Assembly (NCBI GenBank): GCA_947591215.1
Contig: CANQCZ010000003.1
Span: 4,501 to 68,500, forward strand
DNA from: an uncultured Bacilli bacterium
Lineage (GTDB): Bacteria > Bacillota_I > Bacilli_A > RFN20 > CAG-449
Length of the DNA stretch: 64,000 nucleotides
Direction: 5' to 3'
The translations under genes and the position numbers were made by a program. Below the pieces are notes generated by a model that was not told where the DNA came from, ran no database searches, and saw nothing but the letters and a program-made list of their open reading frames with translations. Positions 42,529 to 52,240 of the stretch are shown one piece after another; position 1 is the stretch's first letter; every line of letters starts with the position of its first letter.

Positions 42529-43288
42529 TAGCATTTCCTCCTAAAAAGGTTCTGCGTGCGCGTCCTCGCGTTTCCAATCCTCCCATTTCTTTGGAAATGG
42601 TACTTTGAAGAATATCGTTAATATCCGCGTATTCAGTAACTCTAATAGAAGCTATTTGACTTGCAACAATCACCGGATCCAAAAGATGAATATTTTTTCT
42701 CGCGGGCGAAGAAGCAAAGTTAGCGCCGACATCGATCAGCGCTTCATAATAGCTTTGACAGGCTCCAGCAACGATCACTAGCGAATCTTTATCAGAAACA
42801 ACCTTTCGCGCTTCTAACACTGCATTGACAAAATTACTCGAATTGCGATAAGAAGTCAAGTTATACAATTCATTTTTATTATTTGTTTTTAATGAATCGT
42901 GTCCTGTAAGAACTAAAACGTCAGGATGATGTTTATTTATTAGCGAGGCGACAACCGCTGACATCTGGCTTTCTTCAACATGATAACCAATCGCTTTTAA
43001 GTCATAAGTTTGATAAGCTTTCATCGCTTTTTTTAAATAATACTCATCACCATCTAGATGAAGGATTTTTCCTTCCACCAAATTTTGGGCACGATTTCTT
43101 TCAAGTGCCGGCAAGGTAACTTTGATTTTGTTTTCTAACTTATATGGTCGTAAATCTTTCTCATCGGCATCACAAATCAAACGAACCACTTCGCCTTTTA
43201 AAAGACATTTACCATCTTTGATTTCAACAATTCTAAAAATGACGTCGTGCTGATGAGAATATCGCGTCACCAAATCTCCTATTTGCAT
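42515..43288 (-). CDS. yabG: Sporulation-specific cysteine protease YabG (peptidase U57)
   Basis: GDLV.R.SH..DV.FRI, LHLDGD..YL, LTGHD, AGACQS.YE, GANFASSP; between rsmA and ispE. Confidence 0.92.
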   Translation of the reverse strand: MQIGDLVTRYSHQHDVIFRIVEIKDGKCLLKGEVVRLICDADEKDLRPYKLENKIKVTLPALERNRAQNLVEGKILHLDGDEYYLKKAMKAYQTYDLKAIGYHVEESQMSAVVASLINKHHPDVLVLTGHDSLKTNNKNELYNLTSYRNSSNFVNAVLEARKVVSDKDSLVIVAGACQSYYEALIDVGANFASSPARKNIHLLDPVIVASQIASIRVTEYADINDILQSTISKEMGGLETRGRARRTFLGGNANAYG

Positions 43289-43323
43289 TTTAATCACCTT
43301 TGTATATATATGAAAAAAATGAT

Positions 43324-44136
43324 TTATTTTACCTCAATTAATTTTAAATAATCTTTTAACGTCAATTCTTCGGCTCGAATCGAATTATTAAGTTGCGCTC
43401 TTTTCAACCACGCTTCAGTGTATTCTTTTCCAAAATAAGCTTTTAAATTATTAAAAAGGGTCTTCCTTCGCATTGTAAAAGACTTTTTCAATATATCTTT
43501 CAATTCTTCAGCAATTTTTGGATCATATTCTTGATTAAACTTAAGTAATAAAATCACACTATCGACATGCGGAGCAGGAATATAAGCTTCACGATAGACA
43601 TTGCTGATAAATTCTAGTTTTCCGATATATTCAATTAGGATGTTCAAAGGACCATAATCTTTGCCATCTTTAGCTTTCAAACGTTCGTAAACTTCTTTTT
43701 GAATCATAAACTCAAATAAAATCGGTCTAAAAGGTGCACACGCTATCTTTTCAATAATAGGACTTGTGACATTATAGGGAACATTAGAAACGAATTTTAC
43801 TTTCTTATTTTTGAAATTTATCAAATCTTCTTTTAAGAAATCCTGATTTTTAATCACTATTGCAACATCTTTAAAAACTTCATTTAAATGATTTACCATA
43901 TCGCTATCGATTTCGTAAAGGAACACTTTGTCGGTCTTAGTGATTAGCAATTCACTTAAAGCGCCAAGGCCCGGTCCAATTTCAACAATTGTATCATTTT
44001 CATCGATCTCTAATTTGTCGATGATTTTTTGAGCAATATTTGAATCAATCAAAAAATTTTGTGAAAACATCTTTTTAGGTCTCAGCGATTTTTGCTTTAA
44101 AGCTTTCATAACGTATTCTCTAGAACATATCATCAC
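43324..44136 (-). CDS. rsmA: 16S rRNA m6(2)A1518/1519 dimethyltransferase KsgA
   Basis: QNFLID, EIGPGLGAL, SNVPYN, QKEV, P.P.VDS, RRKTL.N, RAEEL. Confidence 0.97.
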   Translation of the reverse strand: MMICSREYVMKALKQKSLRPKKMFSQNFLIDSNIAQKIIDKLEIDENDTIVEIGPGLGALSELLITKTDKVFLYEIDSDMVNHLNEVFKDVAIVIKNQDFLKEDLINFKNKKVKFVSNVPYNVTSPIIEKIACAPFRPILFEFMIQKEVYERLKAKDGKDYGPLNILIEYIGKLEFISNVYREAYIPAPHVDSVILLLKFNQEYDPKIAEELKDILKKSFTMRRKTLFNNLKAYFGKEYTEAWLKRAQLNNSIRAEELTLKDYLKLIEVK

Positions 44137-44681
44137 TAATGCTCCTTAATAAATTCAATAATTTCTTCTTTTGTGATTGAACTGGTGTTTAATCTTTTTA
44201 AAAGCGTTTTGGCATTTCCGTAGCCTAATTTAAAGTTATCCATCAATGCATCTCTTAATTTTTTGGAATTTACCGAACCTATTAATTTGTTTTGATACAA
44301 AAACTCTAAATCAAAAACTTGACGGTCGGCTTCATGAAAACTTACCGCATTTTTGATTGCAGTAAGCAATTCTTCTGTTTCACATTCTGCGACACCGAGT
44401 TTTTTTCCTTTAATGGATTTTTCTTTTCTTACGAAAGCGTGCTTGGCATTAGGCAGTTCTTTTGCTAATTGATTGCGAATGCGAAGTCCTGGATAATCCG
44501 GATCTGTTAAAATTAATATATCGCAACTTTGAGGAAGATTCTTTAAATATTCAATGGTTGCTGATGGTACTTCAGATCCATTTGTAATCACAAATTCGCA
44601 ATCAAAATATGACGACAATCGTGCAACATCGCTTTTTCCTTCTACAACGATTACCTGATGAGGAAGTTTTTCTTTATTCAA
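44136..44681 (-). CDS. rnmV: Ribonuclease M5 (Toprim)
   Basis: VIVVEGKSD, TNGS, LTDPDYPG..IR, GVAE, GYGNAK.LLKRLN; TTG start after GGAGG. Confidence 0.92.
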   Translation of the reverse strand: MNKEKLPHQVIVVEGKSDVARLSSYFDCEFVITNGSEVPSATIEYLKNLPQSCDILILTDPDYPGLRIRNQLAKELPNAKHAFVRKEKSIKGKKLGVAECETEELLTAIKNAVSFHEADRQVFDLEFLYQNKLIGSVNSKKLRDALMDNFKLGYGNAKTLLKRLNTSSITKEEIIEFIKEH

Positions 44682-45435
44682 TGCCAAAAAACCTCCTTCC
44701 GTTTTGTTCGGTGATATCCGCGAGTTCTTGTTCATTAAGACCTCTAATATCCGCAATCGCTTTAATGATGTATTTTAAGTTCAACGAATCATTTCTTTGT
44801 CCGCGTTTAGGTTCCGGCGATAAATAGGGTGAATCAGTTTCTACTAAAAGACGATTTAACGGAACTTTTGCCGCTACTTCTTTAGGAGTTTTAGCATTTT
44901 TAAAAGTAACCGGTCCATCTAAACCGATATATAATCCTAACGATAAAAATTTTTCCATCATTTCTAAAGAACCGGAATAACAATGTAACACCCCTCCATA
45001 AAGAGGTGGGTATTGTTTAAGGATTTGATAAGTATCTTCGTGAGCGTCACGATCATGAATAATAATCGGCAATTTTACTGAATTGGCTTTTTGAATTTGT
45101 AAAATAAACGCTTCACGTTGTCTTTTTCTTTCCCTTTCATCCTTAATCCAATAATAATCTAATCCGATTTCTCCAATCGCTTTAATTTTTGCGTTGGAAC
45201 ATAGATCAATAATCTTTTCGATTTCTCTTTGATAATCTTCTTTTACTTCAAGAGGGTGAAGACCTACCGCACAATAGACATTTTTAAAAGATTCACTTAA
45301 TTCAAGAGCTTTCAAAGAATTTGAATAGTTATCTCCCGGCATCAACAATAGATTAATTTTCTCTAGACATTTTCCAATGATTTCTTGAGAATTTTCAAAC
45401 ATAGCATCGTAAAGATGAGTATGAGTATCAAACAT
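44674..45435 (-). CDS. tatD: TatD-family deoxyribonuclease
   Basis: DTHTH, GLHP, IGEIGLDY, IHDRDA, HCYSG, ETDSPYL. Confidence 0.94.
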   Translation of the reverse strand: MFDTHTHLYDAMFENSQEIIGKCLEKINLLLMPGDNYSNSLKALELSESFKNVYCAVGLHPLEVKEDYQREIEKIIDLCSNAKIKAIGEIGLDYYWIKDERERKRQREAFILQIQKANSVKLPIIIHDRDAHEDTYQILKQYPPLYGGVLHCYSGSLEMMEKFLSLGLYIGLDGPVTFKNAKTPKEVAAKVPLNRLLVETDSPYLSPEPKRGQRNDSLNLKYIIKAIADIRGLNEQELADITEQNGRRFFGIE

Positions 45436-45436
45436 T

Positions 45437-46762
45437 TTATTTTCCCACGCAGAATCGTGCAAAGATTTCTTTTTCTAAATCGACACGAATTTCTCTTCCT
45501 AATAATTCATTAAGATAATCGTACGCACTTTTTATATGAATCGACACTAAATCTAACGGTGTCTGTGATCTTGATTCTTCAATCGCTTGATGTAATTCTT
45601 CGGCTGCTTTTTCAAGCAAAGCGATTTGTCTTGCAGAACAGAGTGAAGGTTTGGTTGATGTAATGTTATTTAGATGTAGCTCTTTCACAATCGCATTTTT
45701 TAATGCTCCAATATCGTTATTTAATGCCGACACCTTTAATTTATCATCGTGCAAATTACATAGTAAATCGCTTTTATTGTAGACTAATATTACATTTTTA
45801 TTAAGTAACAATTTATTTAGATAATTATTAGGTTGTTCTTCGGTTTGATCCTTCACATAAATGACCAAATCGGCTTCTTCGATATTTTTTATCGATCTTT
45901 GTATGCCCAGTCGCTCAATCGGATCTGTTGTTTCTCTAATACCGGCTGTATCGAAAAGATGAATTAACACACCTTCTAAAACGATTTCACCTTCGACTAC
46001 ATCACGTGTGGTTCCAGGTATTGAAGTAACAATGGCTTTATCCTCAGCGATAAGGGCATTGAGTAAAGAAGATTTACCGACATTAGGTTCTCCCACTAAC
46101 GCTACTTTGACTCCCTCTAAAACGATGATGTTTTTCTTTCCGTCTTTAATTAAATCATCAATCACATTTTGACAATTGATGATTTTACTTTGAATTTGTA
46201 AGTATGTTAATTCTTCGATATCTTTATATTCCGGATAATCGATGTTAACTTCAATATTAGCGAGTAAAGAGGCCAAATCTTCGACTAAAGGGAACAATAA
46301 TTTAGATGTTTCACCTTTTAAAGCATTCAAAGAGAGATTTTTAGCGCCATAACTTTTAGCGTTGATCAAATCATTTATAGCTTCAGCTTGAACTAAATCT
46401 ATTTTCTGATTGTAAAAAGCCCGACTTGTAAATTCGCCTCGTTCCGCATAGCGAGCGCCAAGTTTAATAATCATTTCAATTATTTGATTGGCTATCAATA
46501 CTGATCCATGGCAAGAAATTTCCGCCATATCTTCACCGGTAAAAGAATGAGGTCCTTGAAAAAAAGTGGCCATAACTTCATCGATCATCTGTTCGTCATC
46601 TGGATTAATAATTTTACCATATCGAACATAATTTGGTTCTATTTTGCGACCGCTTTTAAATATGATCTCTAATATTTCTTCGGTTTTAGGACCACTCATT
46701 CTGATTATTGCCAATGCACTTTTTAAAGGCGGCGTTGCTAAAGCGACAATTGTGTCAAACAT
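45437..46762 (-). CDS. mnmE: tRNA modification GTPase MnmE
   Basis: SFTGED..EI.CHG, GEPNVGKSS, GTTRD, DTAG, NKSD, C-terminal FCVGK. Confidence 0.97.
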   Translation of the reverse strand: MFDTIVALATPPLKSALAIIRMSGPKTEEILEIIFKSGRKIEPNYVRYGKIINPDDEQMIDEVMATFFQGPHSFTGEDMAEISCHGSVLIANQIIEMIIKLGARYAERGEFTSRAFYNQKIDLVQAEAINDLINAKSYGAKNLSLNALKGETSKLLFPLVEDLASLLANIEVNIDYPEYKDIEELTYLQIQSKIINCQNVIDDLIKDGKKNIIVLEGVKVALVGEPNVGKSSLLNALIAEDKAIVTSIPGTTRDVVEGEIVLEGVLIHLFDTAGIRETTDPIERLGIQRSIKNIEEADLVIYVKDQTEEQPNNYLNKLLLNKNVILVYNKSDLLCNLHDDKLKVSALNNDIGALKNAIVKELHLNNITSTKPSLCSARQIALLEKAAEELHQAIEESRSQTPLDLVSIHIKSAYDYLNELLGREIRVDLEKEIFARFCVGK

Positions 46763-47803
46763 TTAATTTTGTTCCTTCTTTGCTTTGTAAATACGCGTAT
46801 AATAATCTTTCCAAAGTTTTAAGACATTTTCTTTAGAATAGTAATCTGAGATATACTGAGATTTTAAAATTTCTTCTTTCAAATATTCTGGGTCTTCTTT
46901 TAATTTGCGAATAATCTTAGAAAAGCCCTCGTTGTCAGCGGCTTTAGTATATTGGTCGAAAAGAATTTTTTGATAGAGATCCAAATCACGAAGCACGATA
47001 GGTTTTCTTACATTGACCGCCTCTAATATCGACATCGGGAAAAGTTCATTATATGAAGGCATAAATAAGCAATCGACCATATTGTAGATCTCGTTCATTT
47101 CTTCTCTTTTGATAATTCCGATAAATTTTACATTCTGCGGAGGATTATCGATTATTTGTTTTAATTCTTTATAACCATCGGTTATTTTTCCAAAGGAAAA
47201 GCCACCAGCCCAAACAAAAGTGATATCGGGATTTTTCTTAGCAACTTCCACGAAATCTAGAACTCCTTTACGATATTGAACTTGTCCAACACCAAGTACC
47301 ACAAACGCCTCATGCGGAATTTCGTATTTTTCTCTGATTGCTTTTACCTTATCTTTATCCATTTGATAAAAATCTTCGTGAGAGACAAAATTAGGTATAT
47401 ACGTGATTCTTTCTTTAGCAATCCCTAATTCCACTAAAGGATCGATAAAAATCGGATTGACAACAACAATTTCGTCAGCTTTTTTATAGAAACTTTTAAC
47501 ATATTTTTTAAAAATATTAAAGAATAAACGCGGCAATTTAATTGATCCGTCTAAAGTATCGGGTAAAAAGTGCACATAAGCGACATGAACTGCTTTTTTA
47601 TCAGTGAGCATTTTTAAATAGTAAGTCGGATTTACGGTATGAATATGAATAATATCAAATTTACCATGCTTATTGATTGAAACATCAAAAAGATCCTTGG
47701 CTCCTTCTTTGATTAAATTTACTTGTTCTTTATATGCCGAAGCAACCCCTTGACCATCTACCGTATCAGCTTTTGACAGCATATTGATTTTAATTTTATC
47801 CAT
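46763..47803 (-). CDS. GT4 glycolipid glycosyltransferase, CpoA-like (diglycosyl-DAG synthase)
   Basis: INMLS.A..V.GQGV..AY.E, YVHFLP.TL.GS.KLP, GQVQ.RKG, WAGGFSFG.IT, ELFPMSILE (EX7E intact) as in streptococcal CpoA. Confidence 0.85.
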   Translation of the reverse strand: MDKIKINMLSKADTVDGQGVASAYKEQVNLIKEGAKDLFDVSINKHGKFDIIHIHTVNPTYYLKMLTDKKAVHVAYVHFLPDTLDGSIKLPRLFFNIFKKYVKSFYKKADEIVVVNPIFIDPLVELGIAKERITYIPNFVSHEDFYQMDKDKVKAIREKYEIPHEAFVVLGVGQVQYRKGVLDFVEVAKKNPDITFVWAGGFSFGKITDGYKELKQIIDNPPQNVKFIGIIKREEMNEIYNMVDCLFMPSYNELFPMSILEAVNVRKPIVLRDLDLYQKILFDQYTKAADNEGFSKIIRKLKEDPEYLKEEILKSQYISDYYSKENVLKLWKDYYTRIYKAKKEQN

Positions 47804-47866
47804 AACGACACCTCAATTTTAAATTATACAATATTAATTTAAGCAATAAAATATCCCACTTACATT

Positions 47867-47892
47867 AAAACCCCCTTCAGTTGAAAGGGGGT
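47867..47892 (-). terminator. Intrinsic terminator after jag
   Basis: CCCCCTTCA-GT-TGAA(A)GGGGG hairpin with adjacent A-run. Confidence 0.6.
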
Positions 47893-47898
47893 CGCTTG

Positions 47899-48498
47899 TT
47901 ATCCTATATATTTTATGTGAATTTGTCGATTTTTTCCAAAACCTTCCGATTCTGTTTTGATGTGCGGCATTCCGGTTAAGGCATTATGAATCGCTCTTCT
48001 TTCATCGGCCGGCATCGGATCTAAAACAGCATCGACCTTCGTTCTTGTCACCTCATGTGCCAATTTTCTAGCGATGGCGATTAATCGAGCGTATTTTTCT
48101 TCCTTATAATCACTTACATCAAGTAAAATTCTGAATCTTTTTTTATAGCGATTAGAGACGGCCAATCGAGTCAATTCATTTAAAGATTGAAGAGAACGAC
48201 CATTTTTTCCGATGATTATCGAATTACGAGGGCTTTCAATTTTCAAATTAATAATGCCATCAACGAAAGTCGGAGTCACTTCACATTCAAATCCTAATGC
48301 TTCGATGCCTTCTTTAACGTAATTTTGTGCAAATTCGATGACATCGCTTATTTCGTATACTTCAATCGTCGCTTTTTTTGAAAATAGTCCTTTTGATTCT
48401 TCTTTTACTTCATACATCAAATCTTCCTTAGATATATTAAGTTCATTGGCGGCTTGTTCGAGAAGATCTTCGACGCTTTTTCCGTTGTAAATTTTCAT
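47899..48498 (-). CDS. jag: RNA-binding protein Jag/KhpB/EloR
   Basis: Jag-N GKSVED...KGLFS, KH IIGKNGRSLQSL, R3H M...ERRAIH. Confidence 0.93.
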   Translation of the reverse strand: MKIYNGKSVEDLLEQAANELNISKEDLMYEVKEESKGLFSKKATIEVYEISDVIEFAQNYVKEGIEALGFECEVTPTFVDGIINLKIESPRNSIIIGKNGRSLQSLNELTRLAVSNRYKKRFRILLDVSDYKEEKYARLIAIARKLAHEVTRTKVDAVLDPMPADERRAIHNALTGMPHIKTESEGFGKNRQIHIKYIG

Positions 48499-48517
48499 CT
48501 TTATAATTCTCCTTTAT

Positions 48518-49810
48518 TTATTTTTTGGTTTTATATTTTAGACCTTTTGATTTGTTGTTATTAATTTTTTGAATAACTAAAGTTTGAACAATAGAAATTA
48601 AAGCTCCAATAAACCAATAAATCGCCATACCGACAGGAAGGCTAAAGCCCATAATAATAATCATAACCATCATGATATTATTGACCCATTTCATCGTATT
48701 TTCATTCTTTTCAACCGCCGGATTTTTACCGCGTTTTTCAACGGCATCTAAGCGTTTCTTTTGTAGCATCATCGGTAATTTCATCGAAATAATTTGAGCG
48801 ATGCTCATCAAGATGAAAATCACAATAGCGACCCAATCGAGGTTGAAAATTTCGCTGCTTGTCGTTGAAGCAAGACTTAATCCTAAAATTTCACCATCGG
48901 CGAGTATCGCTGTTCCCGACATTGCTCCCCACACAGCGATAAATACCGGGAATTGAACGATTAATACGATAATCATGCCAAAAGGATTAATGCCGTATTT
49001 TTTATATAAAGCCATCTGCTCTTGAGCTAATTGAGCTTTTTCATATTGGTTAGTATTGGCATTTGGATATTTTTCTTGAATCCGCCTTAATTCCGGTTGA
49101 ATAAGACTCGTCTTTTGTTGTGCCATCGTTTGCTTGAAACTTACAAGAACAATCAAGGCTCTTACAATAATCGTCACTACTAAAATAGCTAAAACTTGTC
49201 CCCAACCATTACCACCAAAGGCAACACTTAAATTGTGCAACAACCAAGCGACAGGATATACTAACAGTCCTTCAATAAGTCCATGACTAAAAGCATCTCC
49301 CCAAGATTTAGCTTCCAAATGGACGCCTTGTCCGTTATTAAAAGTGAAATCTACAGGTGTAATACAAACTCTTTGAACGTTGATAGCGTTGGTTATTTGT
49401 TGTTTAAAAAAATTCAAATAATCAGCGCTTGCAACTTTTTCATATCCAAGATCTTTTTTGGCATCTTCAACCCACATATCGAAGTTATACCAAAGTTCTT
49501 CATAATAATTGTTATCAGGGTTATATCCCGCAAAAGCGATAAAATTACGCGATGGTTTATTTATCAAATCAGCATTATTTAAATTTGCATTGTATTGATC
49601 GTTGACTTTGGTTACCATGTAATCTTCAAATTCGGTGCTTGGAAGATAAATGCCGTTATCTAAAGCTTGTTTATTGATTTGTTCAATGTTATTCTCATAA
49701 TACTCCGCCATCATCTCTGCTTGATCGCTCACCGTGCAAAAACTTTGAGTACAGCTCGCCAAGACAATCAAGACAAGAAAAATTCCGGCGAATTTTAAGA
49801 ATTTTTTCAT
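48518..49810 (-). CDS. yidC: Membrane protein insertase YidC with extended N-terminal domain
   Basis: Lipobox LASC; IQPEL..IQEKY, LYKKYGINP, QFPVF, G.AIYW; rnpA-yidC-jag synteny. Confidence 0.93.
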   Translation of the reverse strand: MKKFLKFAGIFLVLIVLASCTQSFCTVSDQAEMMAEYYENNIEQINKQALDNGIYLPSTEFEDYMVTKVNDQYNANLNNADLINKPSRNFIAFAGYNPDNNYYEELWYNFDMWVEDAKKDLGYEKVASADYLNFFKQQITNAINVQRVCITPVDFTFNNGQGVHLEAKSWGDAFSHGLIEGLLVYPVAWLLHNLSVAFGGNGWGQVLAILVVTIIVRALIVLVSFKQTMAQQKTSLIQPELRRIQEKYPNANTNQYEKAQLAQEQMALYKKYGINPFGMIIVLIVQFPVFIAVWGAMSGTAILADGEILGLSLASTTSSEIFNLDWVAIVIFILMSIAQIISMKLPMMLQKKRLDAVEKRGKNPAVEKNENTMKWVNNIMMVMIIIMGFSLPVGMAIYWFIGALISIVQTLVIQKINNNKSKGLKYKTKK

Positions 49811-50148
49811 CTTAGGTCCTCCTTGATTTTCAAAAGTAGTTTTTCTAAATTCAACTCATTTGTTTTAAAATCGTTTTCGTGATATTTTTTTCTTACAATA
49901 ATCACATAATCGCAAGCCGCAAACGGATATTTCTTTAGAAGTTTTTGAATCATCACTCTGACTTGTCGTCGCACTAAATTTCTTTGTACTGCATTGCCTA
50001 ATTTCTTAGAAGAGCTGATTCCAAATCGCGGATAATTCATTTCGTTTTTCTTCCAATACACAACATAATCACTATTAGCTGAAGATCGTCGATTATTGAT
50101 TACTGCTTGAAAGTCTTCTTGCGATTTAACACGATACTTTTTTTCCAT
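49807..50148 (-). CDS. rnpA: Ribonuclease P protein component
   Basis: RFGISSSKKLGNAVQRNLVRR motif. Confidence 0.96.
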   Translation of the reverse strand: MEKKYRVKSQEDFQAVINNRRSSANSDYVVYWKKNEMNYPRFGISSSKKLGNAVQRNLVRRQVRVMIQKLLKKYPFAACDYVIIVRKKYHENDFKTNELNLEKLLLKIKEDLR

Positions 50149-50165
50149 ATTCGGATCTCGATTTT

Positions 50166-50197
50166 AAAAAAACCACCGGTAGTTAGCCCGGTGGTTT
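50166..50197 (-). terminator. Terminator-like hairpin between rpmH and rnpA
   Basis: AAACCACCGG-N8-CCGGTGGTTT with a T-run on the minus strand. Confidence 0.7.
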
Positions 50198-50205
50198 AAG
50201 TTTGC

Positions 50206-50340
50206 TTAGGCAGAAAGGACTTTTCTTCCTTTTAACCGACGTCTAGCTAACACTTTACGACCGTTCGGTGTTGCCATTCTGGCACGGAAACCACTGACAT
50301 TTTGGTGTTTCCGTTTGCTAGGTTGATATGTTCTTTTCAA
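50206..50340 (-). CDS. rpmH: 50S ribosomal protein L34 (absent from the ORF track)
   Basis: TTG start, [54 protein letters not shown]. Confidence 0.98.
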   Translation of the reverse strand: MKRTYQPSKRKHQNVSGFRARMATPNGRKVLARRRLKGRKVLSA

Positions 50341-50377
50341 GTTGTTACACCTCCGCTAAATTCAATTGACGCTCTTG

Positions 50378-50406
50378 ATTATATATATAAAAATAGAAGT
50401 AGTCAA
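50378..50406 (-). promoter_or_regulatory. SigA promoter of the rpmH operon
   Basis: TTGACT-N17-TATAAT on the minus strand. Confidence 0.8.
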
Positions 50407-50485
50407 CTATAAGCACAAAAAAAAGAAAATTTAAATTATTGACTTTTTTTGTCTTTTTTTCGAATAAATAACCGCTTTTGAACCG

Positions 50486-50726
50486 CTTTCCACAAATCTA
50501 CATCATGTGGAAAATACGATATTAACTGTGGTATGTTTTCTATTTTTGCGATGATTTAGGAACTTATCTATGTCGAAAAAAGAAAAACTGTGGTATTATT
50601 ACTCCACATTTTCCACAAACAATAACCCACACAAAGTTTTCAACAATGTTTTCCACAGCGATTTTCTGTTGATAATTGTGGAAAACTTACTGTTTTCGCA
50701 TTTTCGGTGCTTTGAACTGTGGAAAA
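50486..50726. other. oriC, upstream DnaA-box cluster (incAB-like)
   Basis: TTTTCCACA at 50506(-), 50609, 50649, 50677(-), 50718(-); variants at 50486, 50600, 50623, 50637, 50667(-); between rpmH and dnaA; gene orientation flips here. Confidence 0.9.
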
Positions 50727-50804
50727 TTTAATTTTGCACCAATTTTTACTATTTATGGATATCCTTTTCATGTTATGATTTTTTTGTATTTCGGAGGTAT
50801 TTTT

Positions 50805-52175
50805 ATGGTCGTTACATTATCCCAACAGAATCAACTTTGGGACACGGTATTGTCGATCGTAAAAGATCGTATATCTGATCGTCATGTCTTCGATTCGTTT
50901 TTGGCAGATTCAAGGGTGCATAAGATCGACGGCAACAAAATAATCGTAATCGTCAATTCCGCTTTAGCGGCAAGCCTTTTAAAAACGAACGCTCGATACA
51001 ACGAGATCATTAAAGATGCTATTAAAATAGCTACTGAATCAGATTATGAACTTGAATTGATCACTAATGATGATATTAAAAATTTGGCGGAAAAACCTCA
51101 ACCGCAAAAACATCAATTTTTTGCAAACAGCGTTTTAAATCCCAAATATACATTCGACAATTTTGTCGTCGGCGATTGTAATCGTGAAGCGGTTCAAGCG
51201 GCTCTTTTAGTTACCGCTGCTCCAGGAGGATCTTTTAACCCTAATCCGCTTTTTATTTATTCTAAATCCGGTTTAGGAAAAACGCATCTTCTTCACGCAA
51301 TCGGAAATTACACTAAAGAAAAAAATCCTTATTCTAAAGTTCTTTATATAAATACCGATACTTTCATTGATGAATTTATTCGTTACGTAAGAGGCGATCA
51401 AGAAAGTGAATCTTTAAAGGATTTCTTTCAAACTATCGATGTTCTTCTTGTAGATGATATTCAATTTTTAAGTGATAAAAGCAAAACTTCAGAAATGTTT
51501 TTTCACATTTTCAACACTTTAATCAATGCTGGCAAACAAATTGTCTTGACTTCAGATCGACATCCGAACGATTTAAAAGGCTTAGAAGAACGTTTAGTCA
51601 GTCGTTTCAATATGGGGTTAAGCGTTAATATCGTTAATCCTGATACTTCAACATTGATTGAAATTTTAAAAACTAAGATCAGTTCTAACGGCTTATCGGT
51701 CGCGGATTTTGACGCTGACGGACTTGCGTTTTTGGCAGAAAATTTCAATAAAAATATTCGTGAGCTTGAAGGAGCGTTAAACCGCTTGATTTTCTACGCT
51801 ATTAATATAAAAAACAATGATCGAATTACTCTCGATATTGTCAAAGCTTCCGCACAACCTATTATCGGATCTAAAAAATCAAATAAAGTAGTAACTGAGG
51901 ATCGAATTATTGAAACTGTAGCAGATTATTATAATTTAACCGAACAACAAATAAAATCAAAATTCAGAACTTCGCAAATTGCGCTTGCCAGACACATTTC
52001 GATGTATCTTTGTCGCCAATTATGCGGTACTCAATTCGTTAAGTTAGGAAACATTTTCGGAGGACGTGATCATTCAACCGTGATGTCCGCTGTTGAAAAA
52101 GTGAGGATAAATCTTAAAACAGACACACAATTAGCCACAGCTATTAACGAGATTCAAAAACAACTAAAATCTTAA
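50805..52175 (+). CDS. dnaA: Chromosomal replication initiator DnaA
   Basis: YTFDNFVVG, NPLFIY..SGLGKTHLL, DDIQF, RELEGAL, GGRDHSTV; start ATG 50805 after GGAGG. Confidence 0.98.
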   Translation: MVVTLSQQNQLWDTVLSIVKDRISDRHVFDSFLADSRVHKIDGNKIIVIVNSALAASLLKTNARYNEIIKDAIKIATESDYELELITNDDIKNLAEKPQPQKHQFFANSVLNPKYTFDNFVVGDCNREAVQAALLVTAAPGGSFNPNPLFIYSKSGLGKTHLLHAIGNYTKEKNPYSKVLYINTDTFIDEFIRYVRGDQESESLKDFFQTIDVLLVDDIQFLSDKSKTSEMFFHIFNTLINAGKQIVLTSDRHPNDLKGLEERLVSRFNMGLSVNIVNPDTSTLIEILKTKISSNGLSVADFDADGLAFLAENFNKNIRELEGALNRLIFYAINIKNNDRITLDIVKASAQPIIGSKKSNKVVTEDRIIETVADYYNLTEQQIKSKFRTSQIALARHISMYLCRQLCGTQFVKLGNIFGGRDHSTVMSAVEKVRINLKTDTQLATAINEIQKQLKS

Positions 52176-52240
52176 AAATTATGGTACTTTTATATCATTT
52201 ATGATATAATTTTCGTTAGTTGAAACAAGATATACAAATG

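Noticed and set aside
50676-50804. 43-aa N-terminal extension of DnaA in the ORF track
   Set aside because: Runs through DnaA boxes and promoter; a GGAGG RBS supports ATG 50805
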